Made by a program: the position numbers and the translations under genes. A stretch of 63,678 bases of DNA, the filler included, from Octopus bimaculoides (Eukaryota): assembly GCF_001194135.2 (NCBI RefSeq). It is 5 parts of 5 records of this genome, joined end to end, with 100 filler letters (N's around TTAATTAATTAA, not from the genome) between each part and the next. Parts side by side here need not be neighbours in the genome. Positions count along the whole stretch, not along the records: positions 31,110 to 58,922 come from NC_068983.1; 4 more parts are not named here. The stretch is one strand, 5' to 3'. How positions within the stretch are numbered: the stretch's first letter is position 1; every line of letters begins with the position of its first letter. Shown here piece by piece: positions 36,260 through 49,759 of the stretch. The notes below the pieces were generated by a model. That model had not been told where the DNA came from. It did no database searches and saw only the letters and a program-made list of their open reading frames with translations.

Positions 36260-37516
36260 NNNNNNNNNNNNNNNNNNNNNNNNNNNNNNNNNNNNNNNNN
36301 NNNNNNNNNNNNNNNNNNNNNNNNNNNNNNNNNNNNNNNNNNNNNNNNNNNNNNNNNNNNNNNNNNNNNNNNNNNNNNNNNNNNNNNNNNNNNNNNNNNN
36401 NNNNNNNNNNNNNNNNNNNNNNNNNNNNNNNNNNNNNNNNNNNNNNNNNNNNNNNNNNNNNNNNNNNNNNNNNNNNNNNNNNNNNNNNNNNNNNNNNNNN
36501 NNNNNNNNNNNNNNNNNNNNNNNNNNNNNNNNNNNNNNNNNNNNNNNNNNNNNNNNNNNNNNNNNNNNNNNNNNNNNNNNNNNNNNNNNNNNNNNNNNNN
36601 NNNNNNNNNNNNNNNNNNNNNNNNNNNNNNNNNNNNNNNNNNNNNNNNNNNNNNNNNNNNNNNNNNNNNNNNNNNNNNNNNNNNNNNNNNNNNNNNNNNN
36701 NNNNNNNNNNNNNNNNNNNNNNNNNNNNNNNNNNNNNNNNNNNNNNNNNNNNNNNNNNNNNNNNNNNNNNNNNNNNNNNNNNNNNNNNNNNNNNNNNNNN
36801 NNNNNNNNNNNNNNNNNNNNNNNNNNNNNNNNNNNNNNNNNNNNNNNNNNNNNNNNNNNNNNNATATATATATATATATATATATAGGGGCTGTATATAC
36901 GCATAGTATATTATGCACACACATATATCTGTGTGTGCATCTCTCTATAACTCACTATCTCTCTCTCTCTCTCCCAATATGTTTACGTGTACACCTAAAT
37001 ATATTATTTATTAGCTGTAAACTACGCAGGTGACTCGAAAGCTTAAGACTTTCATGATGCTAAACCGTTTCTCAAGCGGAATACGGTTTCAGCTATCGAA
37101 AGCACACATACGCCCACACATACACATTACCCCCACACACACTTATCTAGAGGTTTTCAAAACCTACTTATAGATAGATGAGCCTGAATGGCAAATTCAT
37201 CTTATGAGTACATATATAAAGGCTCAAACATATTTACCAATATATGTATATGTATGTGTGTGTGTGTATATATGTATGTAGTGTTTGAACTGGTGTACAG
37301 ATATTGTATATTGAGAAAAAGGAGGCAGTCAGAATATTGGAAAATTCTTTATTAGCGCGTTCGTTCGTTTAACTAAACTTTTCAAGAGAAAAAATTTAGT
37401 TTTGATCATTGTTAAGCCATTATTTTGGTTTTAAGGTTTTTCTTGGAGAGTTCGATTAAACGAATTAAAGTGCTAATAATGAATTATCCAAACTTGTGAC
37501 TGCCTCCTTTTTCTCA

Positions 37517-37577
<61 letters not shown>

Positions 37578-39200
37578 CATAGATTAAAAGCAGGTTTATA
37601 CGCACAAATATCTAATATAAGAATGGTAAATTATACTAGAATGTATATACATTACGTATTGCAAACATTTTCTAATAGAAAAATCAATATATTGGTAAAA
37701 GTTTCGCCCCCAGGTAAGGAAGAAATAAAAGAAAATAGTGGCTGCTGGTTGGTTGGTTGGTTGGCTGATTCGTTCGTTCGTTGACTGGCTACTTTGTCTT
37801 TCTGTCAAACGGTCGATTGGTTGGTTGGATGGTTGGTTGGTTAGTTGGTCGGCTTGTCGGTCGATTGGTTGATGTCTCGAGTCACAGTTTACGTGGTATA
37901 GAGTGCCCCGGGTGTGGGAGAAGAAAAGTAAACAGAGGTAACAAGAGATGCATGATTAATGCATACGTTACACTTTGTGGCAGACAGTAAGTAAAACAAG
38001 GCTAAAATATACATACAGGGTGAAAAAGAAAGAGCCACGAAAACAGAGGAGGACTAGGAGGGGTGAGTAAATGACAGAATGACTATGGCATGAGCTATAC
38101 AGATGAGAAATTTCTTTTATTTAATTTGATTTTAAGGTAATATTTTTTTCCAACAAGCAAACTAGCTATTTAGAACATCTGTATAAGAGATTAAAGTAGT
38201 AACTATATTGAGCGGTAATATTTATCGCCACCTCAATATTGCTGTATAGATGTATATAAATGCACACACACGCACACACACACGCACACGCGCGCGCACA
38301 CACACACACACATACACACACACACACATGTATGTATGTATGTATAATGAAGAAATAAATGGGATAATTATCTCCTCATACAGCACAACTAATTAGCGCT
38401 CTAATAGAGCCTCAAGAATTCAGTCTAGATTGGTCTATTATAATGGAAACCACACCATACAATACATACACAAGAAACTGTAAATTACGTACAAAAGAAG
38501 CGATCTATATATTCCGTGCTGACGAAATAAGAAAATATTTAACAATATCTCGGATGTCATTATTCTTTGTAGACATAATTATTTATCAACTTTTAATTTT
38601 TTTCCCAAAATAATTAGTTTATATGATTTTAATCTAGTTATCCTTTATGTATTTGGATTCATCTTCTATAACTTCATAATTTATTTAAACGTAACTTTAC
38701 CTCTTATTATATCATCTGCCTGAACAGTATGTTCCGACATAGCATTCGATGTTTTAAAATGCTTAAGTTTCTCATGTTGCAGAAAACTTTAAGATTTAAA
38801 TATTTAGATAATTCTTTTATAAATCCTTTAGATTAACTCTAATGAGAGAAATATTGATGATTGTTATGGTTGGAATTAACTCGGCCATACCAACCTATAT
38901 CTTCTCGAAACGGCCGTCAGACTTTGCACCTTTTAGAATTATTTTGTACCAACTTTCTCATCTATTCGGATTACCGCTTTACATTCACCATCCGCATATT
39001 TTAATATCCTCATTGATTTTAATACGGACATACAACCTCGCAAGTACATTTATGTATTTATATATTTATATATTTATAAATTTCTATATTATATCTTGTG
39101 TATATGAATGCACCTATGTATTGCGTGGAGTATTCCGATGCTTTGAAATATATTGAGTTAATATGAACACTGACCTTTGAAATTTGTTCTCCCTTTCTTG

Positions 39201-39231
<31 letters not shown>

Positions 39232-40226
39232 TTAAATTAATGTATACAGCGCAGTTTGCAGTTTTTCACCGAAAGAGGAAACTATAATCGTCACTACATG
39301 TTACTAGGGTGTTAGAAATACCTACACTGCTGCTAGAAATAAGGGCTAAAATGTTCTAATGCTGTAGTCAAAGTACATAATCGCATCAAATATACTGACA
39401 GGTACTGCAATCGTCCGAAAGCACCGTATGTATGTATGTATGTATGTATTTACACACCTATTCATACACGTCAATCATATATATGCTACATGTTATTTAT
39501 TGTGTATGCATATGTGTGTGTGTGCATGATAGAGAGAAAGCGAGAGAGAGGGAGGAGGAGGAGAGAGCAAGAGTAGAGAGATGGTCGGCTGGAAGTCGCT
39601 GATAGCACAAGATCACGACTTCTGAAAAAGATTCAACGTGTAAATAAACTAAAGTATTTTTGGATCTTAAGAATACAAAAGAAGCTTTGGGAGGTGTTTA
39701 TTTTTTGCCAAAATCTAGTATATTATTTCTCTTTCATATGATATACCTTAGGGGTATATCATTATATAGAAAATATACACACACCCTAAATATTTCGCCT
39801 ATGATTCAAAGCAATCTGTAATATAAAATAATGTAGGAAATATTATATGAATATGTACGTGCGCGTTTGTATGTTTATAGGTACATACATATGTTAATAT
39901 ATACACACACGCTTACACATACATACATACATACACATATATATAATCAATTTGTAAACTTGCGTTTGTGTAAGTAGAATTTGTATGGAGATTAGTATGT
40001 TAATGTGTGTGGTATGTGCGTGTGGTATATTTGTGGTATATATATATACAAAGATGAAAATGCATATATATGTATGTATGTATGTAAGTATGTATGTATA
40101 TACATTTATATTTGTTTACATATACATATAAGCGTATGCGGCTATATGTAGAGAATAGAGAATCTGTATGTCATTTATATGTATCTGATATATATATATA
40201 TGTGTATATATATATGTGTGTGTATG

Positions 40227-40323
<97 letters not shown>

Positions 40324-40847
40324 GTGTATATATATATATATATGCATATATTTATATATATATGTTTGCTTGTATATATATGCATATATATATATATATG
40401 TATATGTATATATATGTGTGTGCGCGCGCCTGTTTACTCACAGGGAGAAAGAAAAAGAGAGATGGAGAGAGGCAATGAGAAGTGCGTTGGTGGTGGTGGT
40501 GGTGGCGGTAGTGGTGGTAGTGGTGGTGGTGGCGATGCCATATACTCATAACCTAATATTACAATGATTTCTTCAGGTTACACAAATAAACGCTGAGCAA
40601 TTTTTTATACATTTTCTGGTTACTTAAACTTGTACGAAGTCTTTATAGAAATACCCCATGGACCTTTGCTAGATATAATCTTGTGTCATTTTGTTTGGAT
40701 TGCAGCTATTCATAACTTTTAACAAATTTACAAATAATATTAGTTTTAACAACGGCACCACCAACAACAAAAATAACAACAATAAGAAGCTTGACTGCTG
40801 CAGCTACTTCTGCTGCTCACACCATTACAGCTACAACAACAACAACA

Positions 40848-40902
<55 letters not shown>

Positions 40903-40971
40903 GTAATAGTAATAGTAATAATAATAATCATAATGATGATAATAAAAATAATAATAATAATAATAATAATA

Positions 40972-41043
<72 letters not shown>
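40848..41043. repeat. Long imperfect (AAT)n microsatellite
   Basis: Directly visible. Confidence 0.95.
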
Positions 41044-44000
41044 GGGAATGCATACAACGAGTTTCTCTGACCTAGGTGTACGGAAAATACTCGGCGAGAA
41101 ATGGGAGAAAATTCGAAGAAAGAAGAAAGAAAAACAACATAATAATAATAAAAATAATAATAATCCTTGCTACTGTAGGCACAAGGTCTGAAATTTGGGG
41201 GAGGAGGATAGTTGATTACATCGATCGCAGTACTCAACTGGTACTTAATTTATCGATCACGGAAGGATGAAAGGCAAAGTTGACCTCGGAGGAATTTGAA
41301 CTCAGAACATAAAAACGGACGAAATGCTGATAAGCATTTTGCCCGGCATGTTAACGATTCTGCCATCTCCACGCCTAACAATTAGTTCTACTAATAACAA
41401 TAGCAATAATTTCGTATGTGTATTTCGTGTGCAAGATTCTTGATGTGGATGGAGAGGCATTATGCCGGTAATAAACACACGCACTGGTTCAGTCCTTTAT
41501 TAATTTATATAGTTTTTTGTTAAATTATTTCATTGCACTCTTGCAATCTCTTCAGTAACTTGTCTCTCCACTTCCATTTATTCNNNNNNNNNNNNNNNNN
41601 NNNNNNNNNNNNNNNNNNNNNNNNNNNNNNNNNNNNNNNNNNNNNNNNNNNNNNNNNNNNNNNNNNNNNNNNNNNNNNNNNNNNNNNNNNNNNNNNNNNN
41701 NNNNNNNNNNNNNNNNNNNNNNNNNNNNNNNNNNNNNNNNNNNNNNNNNNNNNNNNNNNNNNNNNNNNNNNNNNNNNNNNNNNNNNNNNNNNNNNNNNNN
41801 NNNNNNNNNNNNNNNNNNNNNNNNNNNNNNNNNNNNNNNNNNNNNNNNNNNNNNNNNNNNNNNNNNNNNNNNNNNNNNNNNNNNNNNNNNNNNNNNNNNN
41901 NNNNNNNNNNNNNNNNNNNNNNNNNNNNNNNNNNNNNNNNNNNNNNNNNNNNNNNNNNNNNNNNNNNNNNNNNNNNNNNNNNNNNNNNNNNNNNNNNNNN
42001 NNNNNNNGGGAGGAGGAGGGGAGGAGGAGGGGGAAGATGAAAAACGGCAATGATGACAACGATGACGATGATAGTGTAACAAGCAAGTGCAACAGCATAC
42101 AAGAGAAAGCAGCAGAAACTGCAACAACTACAACAATATCAACAACAACAACTATAAGAAAGACTTGAAGAAGCATAGAAATATATGATGCAGAAGAATA
42201 AGGTTATGCATGGAGAGAGAGAGAGAGAGAGAGAGAAAGAGTGAGAGTGAAGAGGTTATGATCGCGAGAGGCAAGGAAGAGAGGAAGAAAAGATGGAATG
42301 AAGGAAGGCAGGCAAAACAAAAGCGGTAAGACAAATAGTGTGAGGGAGAAAGGGAATGAAGTATAGATAGTAAAAAGAAAAAGAAAAAAGACAGAATGAG
42401 AGAGAGAGAGGGAGAGAGAGAGAGAGAGAGTGTAGAAATGAAAGCATGTTTTTCGGAGTGGTATTGCTTCTTTCTTTTAGAAGTTTCCAGAATGTCTTTT
42501 AGTGTATGTGATTACAACACCGTCTAATATCTTCTCTCATCATCTCCCTCTCACTCTCTCTCTCGTCTTCCATTAACGCGCGTACGCGCATACATGCGCT
42601 AGCTCATCACATGCATACACATAGGTGCGCATATATGTCTATATGCACTCATACACACCGCTTCATAGGGTAATGGATGAAAGCTTCGTATGGTTATTTT
42701 GTGGTGTAACTCATCTAGTACAAATAAAGATGCTTGTTTATATCTGTTTGTCCCTCTCTCTCTCTCCCTCTCTCTCCCTCTCTCTCTCCCTCCCTCTCTC
42801 TTTCTCTGTTTCTCTCTATCTATTTCTGTCTCTCTTGCTCTCTCATTCTCTCTAACTCCATCCTTTACTATCTCTGGGAGATCTTCAGGTGACATAATCG
42901 AAACTGTAAAATGCAAACATGATTCACTCCAAGTCACGTGCCACATAACTTCGATCCAAGCTGATCAAGTCTACAACAGCACCAACAACATGATCAGTAA
43001 CAACAACAAGCGCTAGTGAAATATTGGTTTCATATTTTGGCACAAGGCCAGCAATTTCGTGGTGGGGAGAGTAATTCGATTACATCGACTCCAGTACTCA
43101 ACTGCTACTTATTTTATCGACCCCGAAAAGATAAAAGGCAAAGTCAACCACGGTGGAATTTGAACTCAGAACCTAACGACAGACGAAATACCGCTAAGCA
43201 TTTCGCCCAGCCTGCTAAGGATTCTGCCAGCTTCTCAATAAATATAATAATAGTCCTTTCTGCTATAGGAAGAAAACCTGGAACTTTGTGAGAGGGAGCT
43301 AGTTGATTACATCGGCCTCACTTTTCAACTGGTACTTATTTTATCGACTCCGAAAGGCTAAAAATCGGAATATGAACTCAGAACATAAAGTCAGATGAAG
43401 TTTTGCTAAGCATTTTGTCCGGCGTGCTAACGATTCTGACGGCTCGCCGCCTTAGCACTAGTAAAATATAGGTTTCGCAATTTAGCGCAAGGCTAGCAAT
43501 TTGGAGGTGGGGAGGAGCAAGTCGATTACGTCGACTCCAATGCTCAACTCGTACCCGCTGTTTTTATCTCGGATTTTTGTCAGTGAATACATGTGTGTTG
43601 GCACTCTGTCACTTACGACGTCGAGGGTTCCAGTAGATCCGATCAACGGAACAGCCTGCTCGTGAAATTAACGTGCAAGTGGCTGAGCACTCCACAGACA
43701 CGTGTACCCTTAACGTAGTTCTCGGGGAGATTCAGCGTGACATAGAGTGTGACAATGCTGGCCCCTTTGAATTACAGGTACAATAAAAACTGCCGGAGCC
43801 TCGTGGAGCTTTAGGTGTTTTCGCTCAATAAGCACTCACAACGCCCGGTCTGGGAATCGAAACCGCGATCCCGTGACTGCGAGTCCGCTGCCCTAACCAT
43901 TGGGCCAATGCGCCTCCACGAATACATGGTATAATGCAGTCATAGGCACCTTGCGTTCCACAGAGCTTTCTGAATGGCACACCTAACGAAAAATGTTGAA

Positions 44001-44987
44001 AGGCAAAGTCGACTTCGGTGGATTTTGAACTCAGAACGTAAAGACAGACGAAATGCCCTGAGCGATTTGCCCAGCGTGTTAACGATTCTGCCAGCTCACC
44101 GCCTTAGCACGAGCAAAATATTAAGGTCAGCTTGCTTCCACTTCTAACAAAATTCAATAGAACCGATGTGCAGTTAGTCTTACTGCACTGTTGAATGATA
44201 ACTGTTAATTGCACTGATTGTTACATGGTGGCGTATTCTCCACATATCCCTAGTAGATAACTTTAACCGACATACGTAAATAGTCGCATTAGTGCTTCGT
44301 TTGTGTCCCTATTCAATTGATATCCATTGTCAAAATTTTCGTCTTAGTTCATATCTTCTTTACATTTCCTCCAAAATAAAAAGTTAGTTGTTAATTAACC
44401 TGATCTAGTTGAACTGTGGAAAAAACTTTTTCCTGTAGTTTTTATCTCGGTTTTTTTATGTCAGGAAATACACGGTATAATGCAGTCAGAGGCACCCTGC
44501 GTCACACGGGGCTTTCTGAATGGCACGCCTAATGAAAAAGGACCTTCAATTACTTTAAGTAAGGCGGCCTACTTATTGTAAACGGTTGCCTATGATTAAT
44601 ATAACGTTTTAGTCCCTTTATTTGAAAAAAGTTATGTGATTTGAGGGAAATTTAACTCTTATTTATCACAGGTCGGGTAATCACGAAAGTCTTCGGAAGT
44701 GGTTTCTCAGCTATAAGGAGAGAGGGGGGTTAATATGAATAGTAATGGATACCGTCACTAATAAACCTCATTTAGGTACCAAATACAACTTCGGAATGGT
44801 ATGAGACCAAATCTGAGAAAATAGGAAAAAAGGAAAAATGGAAATATTCGTTGTTTTTACTGTTTAGCCGCATGTCAGCTATAATGAAGCAATAACTATG
44901 AACCAAGTCGCTGTAGCCATGATCATCTCATTTTTTAAATAATTTCTTTTTCCTTTTGTATGATGGTAGTGTAAGTATGAAAAAAAA

Positions 44988-45765
44988 GGATCTATTTTAA
45001 AACGGGGGCCACATTTTTCATTAATGTTTTACGTAGTGTTTTTGGTACCGAAAGACTTTCAAACTTCGTATACTTATCTATTTTGTGTTATAGAACAGAA
45101 AAATATTTTTGTATTCGAATTCATTTCATGTAAAAAATTGTCTTATTTCGATAATTTCAACCAATAACTGACAAGTATTNNNNNNNNNNNNNNNNNNNNN
45201 NNNNNNNNNNNNNNNNNNNNNNNNNNNNNNNNNNNNNNNNNNNNNNNNNNNNNNNNNNNNNNNNNNNNNNNNNNNNNNNNNNNNNNNNNNNNNNNNNNNN
45301 NNNNNNNNNNNNNNNNNNNNNNNNNNNNNNNNNNNNNNNNNNNNNNNNNNNNNNNNNNNNNNNNNNNNNNNNNNNNNNNNNNNNNNNNNNNNNNNNNNNN
45401 NNNNNNNNNNNNNNNNNNNNNNNNNNNNNNNNNNNNNNNNNNNNNNNNNNNNNNNNNNNNNNNNNNNNNNNNNNNNNNNNNNNNNNNNNNNNNNNNNNNN
45501 NNNNNNNNNNNNNNNNNNNNNNNNNNNNNNNNNNNNNNNNNNNNNNNNNNNNNGTCGGCACTTAATGTATATCGGCTGAATGGACGTCAGTGATTGGTTG
45601 AAATTACAGAAATACGACAACTTTAACATGGAATAACTTATGGATTTCTTTTTTTTTAAAGAAGACTAAGAGAAAAAGATGTTTTATATGACACATTCTA
45701 CCAGTGTTCCAAGTTTCAAAGTGTTTCGTTAATGAAAAATGTGGCCCCCGTTTTAAAAAAGATCC
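44988..45765. mobile_element. Foldback/long-TIR non-autonomous DNA element
   Basis: 37-bp terminal inverted repeats with 1 mismatch (44988-45024 and 45729-45765). Imperfect inverted similarity continues to about 45175 and 45575. The centre is gapped. Confidence 0.85.
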
Positions 45766-46242
45766 CAAAAAAAGATTTTACAGTTATTTCTTTGGCGCTG
45801 ATTGTTGTTGTTATTTAAACTAACTCCACTTTGATTGAGTGGAACAATAAACAAAACGCATTCCACTTTTCACTCACTCATTCCGTTGATTATAATATAC
45901 ACTGGCAGCGGGCACAACAGAATACTGGCGATCATGATACTTAATACGAACCTGTTGGGTAGTTTCGATTCCCGCTAACAACGTGCCACTAGCACACTCA
46001 AGGTTGCAAAAAAGGCAAAACCTTGCCAACTGACACTCCCTCTAGGTTGTTCTTAACTTTTTTTTTTGTACCCCACTTTTTAAGTAGTCGTTATGCTTAG
46101 AGCCCATCTGATTGGCGAGCATGGTACCACAACTAAACTAACTTAACATGGATGATAATTTATAAATGTTAATGTAAAAATGGACTGTAGAAGCTTTTAA
46201 CAGTGAATAATACAAATATAATAAAGATATAAGTTGTAAAGA

Positions 46243-46605
46243 GCATATGGCGTAGTGGTTAAGAGAGCGGGCTACTAACCCCAAGATTCCGAGTTCGATT
46301 CCTGGCAGTGACCTGAATAATAATAATAATAACATTGAAAAATAATAAAGATATAAGTTGTAACGGGCATATGGCATAGTGGTTAAGCGCGCGGGCTACT
46401 AACCCCAACATTCCGAGTTCGATTCCTGGCATTGACCTGAATAATAATAATAATAATAATAACAGCATTGAAAAATACCTTAGGTATGAAAACCCAGGCT
46501 GGAAATTTCCCCAAGACACCTGATGAAGGTTGGGAGGTATATCAGCCGAAACATTGTGTTAACAACAAACAAGACGAGGACAAATATCCGTCTAATGTAA
46601 ATAAA
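46243..46605 (+). mobile_element. tRNA-headed, hammerhead-bearing SINE-like repeat (family H) with a tandemly duplicated head
   Basis: A box TGGCGTAGTGG, B box GAGTTCGATTCC, (AAT)n, then a segment collinear with the PLE 3' end including the hammerhead and the GAGGACAAATATCCGTC..ATGTAAATA tail. Confidence 0.85.
46515..46560 (+). ncRNA. Minimal type I hammerhead motif, best-preserved family H copy
   Basis: Stem I GACAC/GUGUU, CUGAUGA (46520-46526), extra A, stem II GGUUG/CAGCC, GAAA (46548-46551), CA-U-U site. The palindrome AACGUU is broken to AACAUU, a CpG-type change. Confidence 0.75.
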
Positions 46606-47029
46606 GTTGAAACTTTACTTTAAACATTGCAAGTTAATGTTTTCCTTGAACCTGATAAGATTTCATTTTATATTAATAAACATTACTAGTTTTATCATGT
46701 TTAATTACTACTATAGGCAAAATTTAGTATGTTAATTATATTATCTGATCGCTCCTCTCACTACTCCCCCCCCCCCAAAGCCTAACACTACTTTCGACGT
46801 GCTCAGCATCCCACTGGGAGCAGTACTGCCCACGTTGAGACCCTCTGGTATAGAAGAAAGGATCTTAGAAGTATTTCTTCCGAATCATTACGCTCTGAGT
46901 TCAAATCCTGCCGACATCATCTTTGCCTTTCATCCTTTTGGGGGTCGATAAAAAAAAAAGTGCCACTCAAGTATTCATTTCAAGTAACCACCGCCACCAA
47001 ATAGCTTATGGTCTTGTGATAAAATCCGA

Positions 47030-47071
47030 ATCATCATCAACACCACCACTACGACCACCTTCATCATCACG

Positions 47072-47122
<51 letters not shown>

Positions 47123-47177
47123 GTCGTCATCATCATCATCATCATCANNNNNNNNNNCATCATCATCATCATCGTCG

Positions 47178-47214
<37 letters not shown>

Positions 47215-47262
47215 TGTCATCACCATCATCATCGACATCATCATCGACATCATCATCATCAC
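47030..47262. repeat. (ATC)n microsatellite; a similar tract lies at 48217-48520
   Basis: Directly visible. Confidence 0.95.
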
Positions 47263-48429
47263 TGTCGTAACATTGCTGCTGTTATTTGCAGTTACGTTCG
47301 GGTCTTTTCTGTTTGATTAACATTTAGCAATATGAAGATGAGTTTTTCATATTTCGCAGATGGGGAGGGGGGAGGGGNNNNNNNNNNNNNNNNNNNNNNN
47401 NNNNNNNNNNNNNNNNNNNNNNNNNNNNNNNNNNNNNNNNNNNNNNNNNNNNNNNNNNNNNNNNNNNNNNNNNNNNNNNNNNNNNNNNNNNNNNNNNNNN
47501 NNNNNNNNNNNNNNNNNNNNNNNNNNNNNNNNNNNNNNNNNNNNNNNNNNNNNNNNNNNNNNNNNNNNNNNNNNNNNNNNNNNNNNNNNNNNNNNNNNNN
47601 NNNNNNNNNNNNNNNNNNNNNNNNNNNNNNNNNNNNNNNNNNNNNNNNNNNNNNNNNNNNNNNNNNNNNNNNNNNNNNNNNNNNNNNNNNNNNNNNNNNN
47701 NNNNNNNNNNNNNNNNNNNNNNNNNNNNNNNNNNNNNNNNNNNNNNNNNNNNNNNNNNNNNNNNNNNNNNNNNNNNNNNNNNNNNNNNNNNNNNNNNNNN
47801 NNNNNNNNNNNNNNNNNNNNNNNNNNNNNNNNNNNNNNNNNNNNNNNNNNNNNNNNNNNNNNNNNNNNNNNNNNNNNNNNNNNNNNNNNNNNNNNNNNNN
47901 NNNNNNNNNNNNNNNNNNNNNNNNNNNNNNNNNNNNNNNNNNNNNNNNNNNNNNNNNNNNNNNNNNNNNNNNNNNNNNNNNNNNNNNNNNNNNNNNNNNN
48001 NNNNNNNNNNNNNNNNNNNNNNNNNNNNNNNNNNNNNNNNNNNNNNNNNNNNNNNNNNNNNNNNNNNNNNNNNNNNNNNNNNNNNNNNNNNNNNNNNNNN
48101 NNNNNNNNNNNNNNNNNNNNNNNNNNNNNNNNNNNNNNNNNNNNNNNNNNNNNNNNNNNNNNNNNNNNNNNNNNNNNNNNNNNNNNNNNNNNNNNNNNNN
48201 NNNNNNNNNNNNNNNATCATCATCATCATCATCATCATCATTACCATCATCATTACCACTCGTCGTCCTCCTCGTCCTCGTCCTCATCCTCCTCTTCGTC
48301 CTCCCCGTCCTTCTCCTCCTCCTCCTCCTCCTCATCATCATCATCATCTTTACTATATCATTTTCAGCTGCATCTTCATCGGCGACATCACCGTCACCAT
48401 CGTCGTAGTCATTATCNNNNNNNNNNCAC

Positions 48430-48475
<46 letters not shown>

Positions 48476-49759
48476 TTCGTCGTCGTCGTCATCGTCGTCG
48501 TCGTTGTCGTCATCATCATCATTATCTTCCTTATCAGCATCGAATCGCGTGTCAACACAAACAATCCCTGTAACACTAGGTGCAGTAGTAATAATATCGT
48601 GCAGATGCAGACAAATACGTAACAAAATGGCCAGAATGTACAATTATGCACACCGTGCAGAAAACAGCACTACTTGCCAATGCGCACATATATCGTATAT
48701 ATTAGGTTGGGGCCTCTCAGTACAATAGAAACCACGAAACTGAAACTAATGACGTACATACCAAAGGTGCGCAAAGCTACGCCCTATAATGCTGTGAGAG
48801 AACGTAATGAAAATAAATAACTAAATAATAATAATAATAATAATAATAATAGATGCCCTGATGCAGTACCAGGCAGTGGCTCCCTTGGCTTCTCATCTGA
48901 ACCAATTGGAAGTGTTATCATGTACATTGTTTTTCCTTGGTATAAAAGTTGGGCTACAGCAAATTTTCTGCTTGTCAGTTGTTTGACCTTAGCTAGTAAA
49001 AAAAATGTAGGGAATGTTACCCGAAATATCATTGGGTCATTAACCAACCTAGGTAAGGTAATACAATGTCCTTTTCCAGTATTTTCCTTTATTGACTTCA
49101 GCTTTCATATGTTGCTTAGCTTCTTAATGAAAATATTGCCACTCTTTCCCAAATTTCCTAGAGAAAGAAAGGAATTAACACACCACCGACTGCTTTATCG
49201 GACTGGTAGAGAAGTGTTAGCAACTGACATAATCTCATATATCAGCGTCCAATTTTGGTCTCCGATTGACGTAAGAGGACTGCTACGTCAAAGAGTATAT
49301 CTGTAGAAAGGCTTGTCATGACCCACCCGGAAGTCATCCAGTAGAGACTAACATTTCAGACTGTCATTGTTCATACCAATAAATCACGCTCAGATTATTG
49401 TCACTCGTATCTTCTAATTCACAATGCGGAGTTTAACTTTCCTTGATAATATTTTCCACCTCGTAGAGTGCTAGAAGAAGAAAAAAACAAGAAGAAGAGG
49501 ATGAGTTGGAGGAGGATATCAAAGGAGTGATGAAAATGCTCCAGTAGAATGGGGAAATGTCATAAATTCATTGCTTCACTGTGCAAAATTCATAAAACAA
49601 TAAGCTAATAATACTAATCCGACCGTCAGTAAGTAAAGTAAGGCTAACACTAATGTTTTCTTTGTTCAAATTATGCATAAAATATAAAATATATTGCTTA
49701 CAAAACAATCAACTAAGGGTAGGAAACGAACTAATCTGAAACAAAAGTAAAACTGTAGG

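Noticed and set aside
46243-46316. tRNA gene with anticodon ACT
   Set aside because: The anticodon, T and acceptor stems are mismatched and it is fused to repeat sequence; it is a SINE head, not a functional tRNA.
49308-49325. CCGGAAGT ETS-like motif as a promoter
   Set aside because: A single short motif with no associated gene or other supporting signal.
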